NCBI GenBank assembly: GCA_004022145.1
Contig: RCNU01000001.1
Reading direction: 5' to 3' (one strand)
Length of the DNA: 64,000 nt
Source: Paecilomyces variotii
Lineage: Eukaryota
Shown: piece by piece, positions 14,239 through 26,317 of the stretch
Numbering within the stretch: position 1 is the first letter of the stretch
Layout: each line of letters begins with the position of its first letter
Made by a program: the position numbers and the translations under genes
Notes under the pieces: model-generated
The model's input: the letters and a program-made list of their open reading frames with translations, nothing else
Database searches by the model: none
What the model was told of the DNA's origin: nothing

Positions 14239-17200
14239 ATAATTTCGTTCGCGACAAGGACAAACGATATTGCTTAGTTTCATCCAGATACCCAGGATTT
14301 CCGACATTTTCTATACCTGTTGCGAAATTTCGATTGTCCATGTTAATTGACATTTTCTGGCATTTGGTCTGTCTTGATTATCGACTTGTTGATTATTGAG
14401 GAACACCTAGCGATGCAAACCAGACATTTCTACTGCCGCGAATGTACATACATATGTTACGACGAAATCATAGAAGGTGGTAAAGATCACCTTACCTATA
14501 ATTTATTATCGAGCTGCTCAACTTCGTAAAGCCTCAGTCTCCAACAAAGGTCATTAGCCAGTAAAGTAGGCACCCGCCAAACAGTTGCCCAACCCAGAAA
14601 CATCATTCTACTCTAGCACCCGGCTATAGAAGCAAAGGAAAGTTAACATTAAGAAAGACGACACCGCTAAAAATAGATCTCACATGCGTTTTTCTAGAAA
14701 AAAAAATCCTCGCCGGCAGGTCCCAATGACCCAGGCAACGAAACTAGGCTACAAGTTAACGTAACCATGGATTGGGCGTCCATGTCTCAGGATTTAGTAG
14801 CAGCGTTTATTCTGGTCCGGCACGTGGGGAATGTCTAAGGGAGAAAAAAGAACAAGGAGAGGGTAGGAGGCAGAAAAGAACAAAAAAGACAACCACGAGA
14901 TTGTTATTTAGTTTCCTCTCTATACATGATGGTACTTTAAGAGGAATCTTTCCAAGTTGGAATTTCTTTTCGGGTTGAGTGAGTGACTACTTGGTAGGTT
15001 TGTATAAAATTTTCCTTCTTGGTCCACTTCTATCTTCCGGAGAAAGCCGTTCGGTTCCATATAATCATTATGTATTATCATCAATTTATACATATGATTA
15101 CGTAGTAGTATAGTGTCCGGTTTATAATAATATGGTTTGATTAGCATTAAAGAATAATTCTTATAATCATTGAAATTCTTAGTGATAATAACAGCGTTCA
15201 TCTTCTCTTTTAGGGAATAACTGAAACTAGTGCATGCATTTTTGCTACCTTTTTCGGGAACTCACTGAAAACTTTTAGTATCTTTCTTACTATATTTTTT
15301 TTTTCTTAGTTCCCACATTCAGGCCCGCCATGATTAGAAAGCCACCGCAGATAAAATAGCCGGTCAATTCTGGGGGTATGTACATACATATGTACTCGGG
15401 AACTCGGAGAAGGAACTGTATTGGCAAACGGTGTTGATAGTCCGACGAGGATTTCATAGAGGTAACTACGCTCTGCGTTTGACTAGATGTTCATGCTTTG
15501 TAGGATCGGGCCGACATGATATTATTGAGTGTCCGCTGTATCAAGATCATAATCTAGTCCGAGAGACATAAACAGGCGTATTCGATTGCGCCGAAGAGTT
15601 GTAGGTATACATGGTTTCGTTGTAACTCTGTTACGTCCTGTTTTATCTATACAGAGAAATCATACTGAAGTCTGCAATAATGTCCTGGTTTGCGGCTCTC
15701 ACATCTAACATGGGTGTAAGTTGCATTTGTATACAATGGATGAGGGTGTATAACATGCTTCGGCATGGCTAGATAATTAATGCACAGCATAGACATTAAA
15801 TAGTCATAGATAGATAATCAGCTATCTTTGATACGCTTCGATTCAGCGCTTCCTAGTTCTCCGGCTGACAGACTAAGAGCTCGTTTCCGAATACGAGAAT
15901 GGCCTTGTTAGCCAGTCCGTAAGCTTTTACCTTCCCAATGACTTTTTAACTAGCTAATAATAATAATAAAATTAGAATTAAAATTAAAAGAGCGTCATCC
16001 TTGCTTTGAAGACGCCAATATGCTAGTTTCGACAAGGTTCTAACAGACAAGATATTGGCGATTCTTTAGAAAAGACACCAGATAATGAAGTCCGCAAGTT
16101 CACTATTATTAACAATAACTATCTCAGCTGACAGCTTACTTAAAGCCTTAGTTACATAAACCTTTAAGGATGTGGAGAATTTTATGAGTCGCTAAGATCT
16201 TAGTGAGCCTGAGCTGGGACTTATTATTATAATCTCGGACCAGCACTAACTACTCCGTACTAGCTCCTTAGTTAGACTGGAATCATGACCCTACGACCCA
16301 AAGAGGAAGACGAGTATCATTATTATTTAGGTTCCTTGAATCTGACCGGCTCTCGAGTCGTCCCAACGTCGTATCGCAGCCGAGATCCGCTAAAGTTATC
16401 GCATGGTTTTCCGCCGATCGCCGCGATGGCGTTGTATGAAAAACCGGCTTCGCAGTCAACCCTAGGCCACCAGTGTGCAGCGTGCAGCAATAATGCATCA
16501 TGAACAGTCTCTTCTTGATTGCTCCCCTTCAGAGCCCAACGGTATAGCTGGATGTGTGCACCCATGGTGTCCGCAGGGATACAAGGATACCAAATTCAAT
16601 CAACTTTGGCTGTGGGAATAAATATCGAATGGTTCTCCTTGCATCCTGAATCGTCTTCTCGGCCAATATTATGCAAAACCGGGAAAGATTATAGACTAGC
16701 TGCGGGCCGATGCTACTGTCTCAGAAGGAAAGCAAAAAATTCACCAGACGGCGCAACGGTAAAGGCTGACATGGTGAGCTGGTCGAGGTTCGATATATGG
16801 TAAAATTGCGCCATGATAGAGTGGTAGAGTAGGTATTCTCTTCTGTGTTCCTGGGACAATGCACCGGGAGAAGAGACACAACGAGGAGGCATTATCCATC
16901 TGGATCATGATCGACAAAAGTAGGAGCTGCTTATCTCCCTAGCCGGCCGGGGAACTGAGCCCAGATCGCCCTTTGGGACGCTTTGGTGCCTGTCACGCAA
17001 TAATAAATGATGTGCAACTCCAAACCACCGCTAACCGCAAGGGCGGATATATTGAAGGCGCGACAAACGTTGAACGGCAGTCATCCCAACTCGACCGTTT
17101 CGCGTTGTTTTTGCCCCGGAGAAGCCAAACAGAGAGGCTGAAGCCATTAATGATTGCTGGCACGACTGGAACATGACCCAAGGCAAGGTCTTTGCCAAGG

Positions 17201-17719
17201 CCTCCTACCGAAGGAGCCGTCAAAAAAATAAAAAAAAAATATTACGATGCTACCTCCAATCAAGGAGATGAGCCGACAGCCCAGCAAGGCTGGGATTGGA
17301 CTATCGCTGCCTTTATCGGTCCCTGGTGGCTTTTTTACTTGGCCGGCCCTGGAGAGATAGGGAGTCAGGGACCCTCCTCGCTTGCCACGCTTCCACTCTC
17401 CTCACCAGCTCCCACGACTAGCTGTACAAGGAGTTCCCCAAAATAGATGGCGCTGCGAGCCCTGTGAAACCCAGGTTGGAGGATGGAGCCATCCTTGCTG
17501 ACTGCGTCCCTGGGGGCAGTCTGGATTGATTTAAAACTGTTGTCCCGCTGTTTGGCTCGGGATCTTGCTTTCTGCTCATCCCATCACAATCTGGTTCTCT
17601 CGACGTTTGTTGCTGTTCGTCGTTGCAGTCACTCGCTTCTACTTCGATCGTTCATATAATACCGCTCTCGTTAAGATACCCATTTGCTTCTTTCCCGGAA
17701 AGCATCCATATTATTCATA

Positions 17720-18637
17720 ATGCAGTTCACCATTGCCACTCTCGTCGCGCTCGCCGCGTCCGCTTCTGGTATGTTTAACTTGTGCCCCCTGGTCTTGTAT
17801 ATCTTGTATACTGAACTCGATAACTAACCAAACCATAGCCCTCCAGGTCACTTACCCTGGCAAGGACGCTAAGCTCGACCTGACCAAGGACAACAAGATC
17901 GAGTGGAACTCGGTCAGGTACGTAGCTATCTATCATTAACGCTTATTATATCTCGATTGGCCAACGCGACTGACAAATGATCCTAGCACTGACCCGTCCA
18001 CCGTTGACATCTACCTCGTGGACAACAGCGTCTACCCCACGGTTAACACCAAGATCGCCTCCGGTGTTGACACCTCTAAGGGCTCTTACACCTTTGATCT
18101 CAAGGGTGTCAAGGCTGGGTATGTAGCTGCCAGCTCCCTCACGACATATGTCGTATGTTCATATTGCTGACAATCAAAACACAGTTCCGGCTACCAGATC
18201 AACCTGGTTTCTGATGATGCTCAGAACACCGGTATTCTGGCTCAGTCCCAGCAGTTCGACGTGACTGAGGCTGGATCCAGCTCCACCAGCGCCGTCACTT
18301 TCACCGACACCACCACTGGTGCCAGCACCTCTTCCACTGGTATGAGAACCAACCACCGTCTCTCAGACAGCAGGTCATCTTACTAACAACCATCCTCGCA
18401 GCTTCCGGTAGCTCCACCACCCTGAGCACCAGCACCACTGGTACTGCCAGCTCCAGCGCCAGCGCTGCTTCCAGCAGCAGCTCTGCCTCTTCCAGCGCTT
18501 CCAAGACCAGCTCGAAGACCGCTTCCGAGACTGGTTCCTCCGCTACCGCTACCGCTACCCACAACGCCGCCAGCGCCCTCTCCGTCTCCGCTGGTGCCGG
18601 TACCTTCCTCATGGGTATCTTCGCTCTCATCCTGTAA
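17720..18637 (+). CDS. GPI-anchored Ser/Thr-rich cell-wall protein (Kre9/Knh1-like N-terminal domain)
   Basis: Five hand-spliced exons: signal MQFTIATLVALAASAS, IEWNSVSTDPSTVDIYLV, YQINLV..ILAQSQQFDV, an S/T-rich stalk and hydrophobic GPI signal NAASALSVSAGAGTFLMGIFALIL*. Missed by the ORF track. Confidence 0.9.
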
Positions 18638-19912
18638 AGAAATTGTCAGTGATAAGCACGACAGGATGAGATCGCGGGGGAAAAGGGAAAACGTGAAAAC
18701 GTCACCCCAACCCGCATTCTCCTCGCTTTCATGGGAGGCAAGATATATACGAAGAAATTCTTAAAAACATAATGATATCCCCTTGCAGAGAAAAGGAGGA
18801 AATGGAGGAGAGACGTTGATGGAAATTTCTTTTCTTTTCTTTTCTTTTCTTTTTTGATGTGTAAAGGCCACTTCGTCGTCACCACCGATAGTGAGGAATC
18901 ATTGGGTGGGTGTTCGAATTTAGCTATTAATGTGAATGGAGCTATGTATCTATACTCCTGTGCTCGAATTTGGGGGAAACCGCTCCTCGTCTTTACTTCT
19001 CTCATCTTCTTAACCCTATTTGATTGAATAGTTAATCTGGATTGATGGTCAAACCTTGGGAGGGCTATCTCTTCCGGCTCGACGTCGAAAATATTAATAT
19101 AATACCAGTTCTTGTTTACTCTAGACGAAGCTACAGCCAACTTAGGCATAATGTACGCACACGAGAGTATAGCTTATAAACGTCGATCATAGTGGCGGAA
19201 GTTACCAACCTCTAGTTTAAAAGACGAGAAGAAACCCCGGTCTGTAAAATCGAACCCCATGCATTGCTTTTGCGCGCAGTGCGCTTTCACGTGCACCAGC
19301 TAGCCACTGTGAAGGGGAAACAGACAACATGCTTGCTATTGTACATTCGTTTCGTGAGCAATAAATATGAAAAGAAGAACTTGAAATTGAAAGAAAAACC
19401 AGCGAGATAAACAATGTCATGCCAGATCGGACTGCAAAATGTCGAGTCTCTCCTTAGAGGTGTCTCTCGTCCTTTCCAAAAGCCGATCTGTACAGAGGAC
19501 ATAGTTATTCTTCGACAAAGGATAATTAAGACAGGATCAGAGTAGCCCAGCGACAACGGAGAGTGAAGGAATCAACGAATCCCAATACAGGGCCGTATGC
19601 CCTCCGTCGCCGACATTTCCGCTGCGAAAACACCGACCATTCAAAGAATTGGAACTTTTCTAAAATTTTCATCGCCAAACCAACCGTTTTCGCCAGCCAC
19701 CGTTTTGTAACCCGAAGCCGAAGCCAAAGCTATCGCCACACCAATAGACAGCATCGTCCCGTGACGTGACTTGAAATAGAAAGACATAGGGGAAATGAAG
19801 TTCAAAGAAACAGAGCTGTCAGAAAACAAGGGGTATTAAGTCGTACATGATGCATGGGTAGGAAAATCGCGTCCTGTGGTCTTGCAAACTAAGTAAGGCT
19901 GCGACTGACAGG

Positions 19913-22900
19913 TTAATCGTCTTCTTTCTCGAATTCCATGATCAGCTCTGTAAGCTCTTTGCGCAACGAGCGATTGCGGTCCCACGTTGAGATAATCTTC
20001 GCACGGTGGCTCAGGAATACAGCCTTTTTCCACGGCAAGTCGTTGTATCTTGGCCCCGCACTGCCGCTGGGGAGGTTCCAAGCAATGTTGCGCATGATCA
20101 GCGCAGCCTTGTACGCGACACCATAAGGCTCGCCTCTCTCGTTGGTCGGTGTATCCATGTAGTACCAGCGCCGGACAACGCGCGGCTGAAGGATCTTACG
20201 CTCCGGCTTAGGCGGTTCAGCGTCAGGATCGCGCTCTTCAGGCAAGTGTGAAGCAACATGCTCAGCAACCATAGCAGTGTCGTCGCTTGGGCCAGTTGTT
20301 CTGAACTTGGTGCAGTTATTCCATTCGCAGGTGTGGATAGGTCTGTCTGCTTTGCTGAGGTCGTAATGACCAGGCTGTTCCGTAGGTTTCAGATGCATGT
20401 GCTCCGTGAAGACATGGGAACGAAGATCAGTAGGCGTAGGGAAGGCACGGCCGCAAACCCTCGAGGCCTGGGCATTATCGGCCCATTTGCAGTACAGGTA
20501 AGGGAAGCCTTGGAAGGTGTACGCAGTTTCCAACGGGCGGATGCCCTTGATGATGAACTTGGTTGCAGTTCCCGGTCCATTGATAACCTGCGCCTGTGCA
20601 TTGGTAAAGGTGGTGCTGACGTTCTTGATGAACTCGGCAGCAGGAAGAACACCACCACCGGGAAGCCGAGAGTCAGCGAACCTGCTCTGATAGGCTTGCC
20701 AAAGAGCAATCTGTGTGATTTCACATTCGGGGTCTTCGACGAAACAGCAACGTAGCCAGCGGGAACTGCGTTCAGGCTCGGAGAGTTCCATCAGATCCTT
20801 GAACAGCTCTGGGGGCACACGCGGAATCTCGGTAGGTGGCGCTTCGACCTTCTCTTCTTGCAGCACAGTCTCACGCTTGCCAAGTCTTCCTTCATGGTGG
20901 AGTAGATCAATCATTTTGGGAACGAAAACAGTGGGAAGACTGAACACCTCGAGCATAGTATCCATGTTCTCTGGTATGAGAGTGTACTGGTAGAAGAAGT
21001 CAAGAGCACCGCTGATCATATCCTTATCACTGGGAACAAGAGTGAGATAGTAAAGCTGCTGAAGAATGTCCTTGGGTACCCCACCACGGATCGCAGTGTT
21101 GCTATCAGGAGCCTCCAACTCGGTAGAGAAATGGGTCAGGGACCAAAGAGCGCGGACGATATGCGCACGATCGTTTGATTTGAGACATTCCAACAATGAA
21201 ATCCAGAGAGGATCTTGCGGATCCGTTCTCATGTACATCGTTACCTCTTCCGCAATGTCCAAGGCATCGTTCTTGATCTCGTTGAGACGAGGGTCGGACG
21301 GGATATTGATCAGGACGACGAGGAAATCCCTCAAAAGTCCCTTTGCATAGCGTGACACGTACCAGGCGTTCTCTTTCAAGAGAACCATGTTACGCAGAAC
21401 CAACGTAGCCTCTTTGATATTCCGTAGATGGTGATTGAACTCTTCAGTTTCGAGAGTGTCATTGGGCAGAGTGACGGGAATACTCTTGATGCGCTCAAGG
21501 ATATCGCGTGTGCTCTGCAGGGAATTGAGAATATTCACACGGTTCATTGGCTTGTGGAAGTCATATTCAAGTTCCCATTTGACTCCAGTACAGAGAAGAG
21601 TGATCTCCATGGCTTTCTCCATAAGCGTTTCTGCGAGCAGCGGGAACCCCTCAAACTTGAATTTGTCCCAGCGTTGGTTCGATATCTGCACCAAGTGGTA
21701 AAGCGCAAAGTCAACTTCGTCGGGAATTCCAGATTGGAGTCCGTAGTGAGCACGCTTATAGATATGGTCCGCTGTGTGATATAGTCAGCATAGATTCACA
21801 ACCGGGTTTAGCCTGCATATTATGCATCTAGCATGCAACACGAGACTTACACTTCGGGACATCAAGAAATCTGAGAGGGAACAAAGGGTCATAGAAGTCA
21901 GCCTCTTTGACCTCCTTGGTTCTCTGCTCAGCGAAAAGGCCTGGACGAGAACCAGGGGTAGGTACGTCGCGCGTCAGCATCGGAACAAATTTCTCATCCT
22001 TGCCCTGGAAATCATGAACATTGAAGTTCGCGCTCATGGGATTCGAGCTGGAGTTCATGTTTGGAGGGTGTGAGCCACTAGGCTGTGGGGAGGAAGTGTG
22101 AGTACTGGCGCGAGTCTGTCTGACGGGCGCAGTATTCGGGGTAAACTGCGGCGCTTTGGGGGGCTGCGGCCTTAAGCCTTCTGTAGAAAAGATCAGTATT
22201 GAGACTATGTCACTGTCTTATATGAGAAAGGATTAGGCACTCACCACGGCGCGCATCACGGTTGGAAGGGGTGGACATTGCTATGTCTGCAGTCGTTCCC
22301 TGCACAAAGGAGAAGGGAGAAGGAGAAGAAAATATGAAAGAAGGAGCTGGCGTTTTATTTATGTTATCTGCGTGACCGTTGTAACGTCCGTCGTGGGAGG
22401 GCTCTGGTGAAGCGCCTTCCTGCCCCGCCCTGACAGGTTGGTTATTGAAAAACCGAGCGACAGCGCCAGTCTCACCAGGCCGGTGCTGCTGGAATTGGTG
22501 GAACAGGCCGTCGAAAAGAGCCTGGTCTTTAAGCAGGCGCTGTTCCTCTGTCTCCAATGGGAGACCAACGGGCGCGACGTCCTCGAGGAGCGTTTTTGGA
22601 GGAGGCGTCCTATTCTGAAGCCGGGCAATCTCGTACGCGCTATATCGCACACGTTAACAGTAGTCCAACAGATTCAAAGTTGAGCATTACTCACAGAAGA
22701 TTGTCCTTGTAGATTCCCTTCACTTGGAAGGACAGGTGCTGGGGCACGTTGAGCTCCTCGCAAACGAACCTCCAGTATCTCGCCCCGTATTCCGGACGTG
22801 AGAGGGCGGCGTAACCCCCGGCGGCAACGACGGTCTTCAGTAGCTCGTAGAGCTCGAGGCTTCTGTGGATCGAGGGGTGCTTCAATTGGGATGTTGTGCT

Positions 22901-23202
22901 GTTGTATGAATTCTGTTCAGCGCATCATCCAAAAGTATGCGAGAAACGCGATGCAGGAACACTGACCCCCTCTCGGTGGAGAACCTTTTCAAGTCCTCGT
23001 GGAACTCGCGCTTAGTTTCCGGTATAAGCGCTGGGTTAGGCCTCTCGTCCCAATGATCCTTTAGCCCTCCAGCTGCTGCGAACGGCGCGACTTGGTTCTG
23101 AGAGCTGTTTCGAGATCCCAGAGACAAAGACCGCGCTTCGATAGCAGCAGCTGGAGGCGCGTCCGGAATATCATTTCTCCAAGAAAGCCCGGCGCTCTCC
23201 AT
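19913..23202 (-). CDS. rsc9: RSC chromatin-remodelling subunit Rsc9 (ARID + RFX-like winged helix)
   Basis: ARID (LELYELLKTVVAAGGY..YWRFV..LSFQVKGIYKDNL), EVDFALYHL, RWLRCCFVED..EITQIALWQAYQ, AAEFIKNVSTTF. Several GT-AG introns. Start codon less certain. Confidence 0.85.
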
Positions 23203-23755
23203 GGCTTACCTAAGCCTAGATCACGTGGGAAGGTAGATATGGCAAGGTGCTGGAGCCAATCACGTGCGGTCACAGGGATATCAGAAAGATTATTGCCTGA
23301 GGCATGAACAAGCACTCATTGCTCGCTACAACAAAGAACCTCTGGCAGAAGTTGGAGAAAGAGAAAGTCAAGTTCTGGATTTTTCAGAATCAAAGCAGTT
23401 AAATAACATAGAACACGTGATACAGGCAGTGATAGCAATACATCCTAGGAGCTACAATTCAGGGTGTACCCTTGATCAGTAACACTTCCTCAATATATCA
23501 AGAAATGATTTATCCCAGCAGATTATTGAGGTATCCCTGAAAGTGATATTGCATAAGATCTAAAATAACATAATTAAAGCACTTTCCTGTAAAAGAATAA
23601 TACGGACACCGTCGATACTATACAAGCCCTCCATTTCCTCTTCCTCCTCTGGGGACATCATTTGCTCTCAAGATCGTAGATAGGTATCCTTTTCTTGCCG
23701 TCTAGAGCCCATCCATAATTTTTCTTCGAGAAGCAGATACAGCAGCCTTGATAAT

Positions 23756-25396
23756 ATGTCCATCATATCTTACTTTCCTAACAATGCAGAGCAGCCTACT
23801 CAGCTGGCTCGTCTGGTTCTAGCCAAATTCTCCTACACGACAACATCAACGCTTCACAACGCGCCCCTGAATTGGAATCACATCATTGGACAAGGGGATA
23901 TTGAGGCTGTATTCGAGAGGTACCATGCATCAGGGCTAGGAACTCCTCACGGTCTTGGGAAGACAGTTCTGAAAGTGTCACAGCATGCTAAGGTGCTAGT
24001 AAGTTGTGTCTTTGAGGCAGTACGACGACACAATACGACTGCAAGAAAGCTGATTATAGACAACAAAAGGAAGAGTTGAACTTGAATCTCTTGACGCAAG
24101 AAGCTGTTTCTCAATCTCGATCCATGCAGATTGGGAATGCGAAACCTACAGTAGCTGTGATTGTCAAGTCGCCGTGTCTGGCTGTCCGCTACCCCCGGTC
24201 TATGGGCCAGGTATGTCTCTGAAAGGCCCAAGTTTTTATTTGTTAACACATTTAAGTCATAATTTCGTCCAGATCCGTCGTTTCCAACTTAAATTCTCAT
24301 CCGACCATGACTACTATACGGCGTTGGCTATCTTGAGTGAGATCAACTGCCCATTCACTGAGTCGAGCGGCGGCCCTTCGGTGCAAACAACCCTGAGACC
24401 TGCGTCTTCATCTTCGCAAATACGCCCAGCTTCAGCATCTGTGGCTGGGACAGGCTTTTCGGCCCCAGTCAGAAGCAGTGGGCTGGCTCCTGTGTTCAAT
24501 ACTGCCTTCGACGCGAGAGCATTCACGGGAAGCAATCCATATGGAACTTCAATTAGTGCACCGCGTAACTACCCCCCTCATTCTTCCTGAACCATTGACA
24601 GGGCTAACTATTTTTCCTCATCAGGGTCATCCATATCCTCATCCTCCTCGTACACTGTCTCTACCGGATTCGAGCCGGCCACTGGGAATCGAGCCGGTCT
24701 TCAGCACGAAGAGAACCATGCATTACAATCCTTGCCTCAAAGGAGTCCATATTTCAACCAGGGTACATCTCATGGGGAAGGATCCGCATTTGGGACTCGC
24801 CCTTCAACAGCACCGGTGTCTGGCTACCATGACATTGAGTCTTTGAACCAGATCCTGCCACCAAAAAGAGAGCTTCCCTTTGCCAGACCCCTTGCGAAGA
24901 AGACTAAGACGGCACAGGATCCTCCGAAGACCGCGTCTTCTGGTCAACTCAGAGAATCAGAAGCTGAGCCATCTGCAGCGAGCAGGTCTCTTGAACCAAC
25001 CGGCAACATACTCCCAGACAAAACCCATCTTACACAGCTTCCTCCAAATACTTACAATGACTCAAGGCCTCGCGTTCCATTACAGAAAAACGCTGCTCAC
25101 TTAAACCCAGAAGTGAGTCTCGTAACTCAAATCTGAACCTTTAACAAAGCCACCGTTCTAACCCAACAAAGCAGCTTCAGACACCCAATCCGCAGCTTTC
25201 AACGAATCACTCTCCTCTATCCCAGTCTCTTGGTATTCTCTCATCAGCAGACCTATCCGCATACCTAGTCAAACCAGTACCTGAGCGTTCCGCCCTCGTT
25301 GAATCGTGGGTATGCCAGCAGCTTGAAGATGATGGATTTCTGAGCCTATGTCAGGATATAGAAGGTGTTTGGAAAAGGATTACTTTCGGACGATGA
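23756..25396 (+). CDS. Probable meiotic DSB protein Rec114/Rec7 orthologue
   Basis: Exons 23756-23998, 24070-24210 and 24273 onward splice in frame. PH-like N-terminus with CLAVRYP..IRRFQLKF, disordered middle, C-terminal VESWVCQQLEDDGFLSLCQDIEGVWKRITFGR*. Confidence 0.65.
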
Positions 25397-26317
25397 GGAG
25401 AAGAAATGATATATAACAGTGGTGAGGTAAGAAGAGCGGTTTCAGTAATAACCAGAACGGGGGTCTATAATATGTCGAATAGGGGTTGAGAAAGGAAAGT
25501 GGGAAGTGCTTTGCTTATATGAAACTCAACATACGTTTAACATTTCATATATTATACTATGCATGCTAGCATTACTCTTCCCCTCGCGGAAGTTATATGA
25601 TAGCACATTGATCTTAATTAGTACTAAAGATGCGAGGAAAAAGTAACTGGAAGATATTTTTGAGAGCGAGCTGTATTCGATACCACTTGACCTAAGTATT
25701 ACATACAGGTATGGACAAAGAACAAACAGCAAGAGTCGCCCTCCCAGCAATGAAGTCCAGTGACGGCTAGTAAATGGAAGAAGGACCAGTGATGGTCTCC
25801 CGCCTATCACAAGATTGATACCAAGGGTATCTGTACGTGAGTGCAAATATTTGCATGTCATCACGACAAGGCTTATTACCGCGGTGCTGAAGAAAGTCTC
25901 CGTTCGTCTCGCTTTCTGAGGAGAAAGGCAACTACTAGAAGATAGCACCTTGTCGAGGCAAAGAAACAAGAGATGGGAAATAGAAAGACAAGACCATAAA
26001 AGAAATCCCGGCCCGAAAGATTCCCAACCCCTTCCAATGCTATCAAGTTGAGATGTCACATTTTTTTCTTCTTTTCTTTTCTCTTTTCTTTTCTTTTGAG
26101 TCCTTTTGAGTCGTTTTGGCATTTTTTGTTATGTTTTCTGCTCCCCGCCCATGTGCCACAAAAGTTCGATTTTGAACGCCAGCCAACGCCGATTGCTTGA
26201 AAATGATTAAAAAGCCTGCTCTGTCATAAAAGACATACCCGAAAGAGAAATGACATTCCGAGTGTCGACGACTTGAGAGTCGATGACTACCTCAGGAAGA
26301 TAAGAAAAGTGATAGAC

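Noticed and set aside
25526-26122. 198-aa minus ORF downstream of the Rgt1-like gene
   Set aside because: Runs through low-complexity 3' UTR-like sequence with a non-ATG start and no domain.
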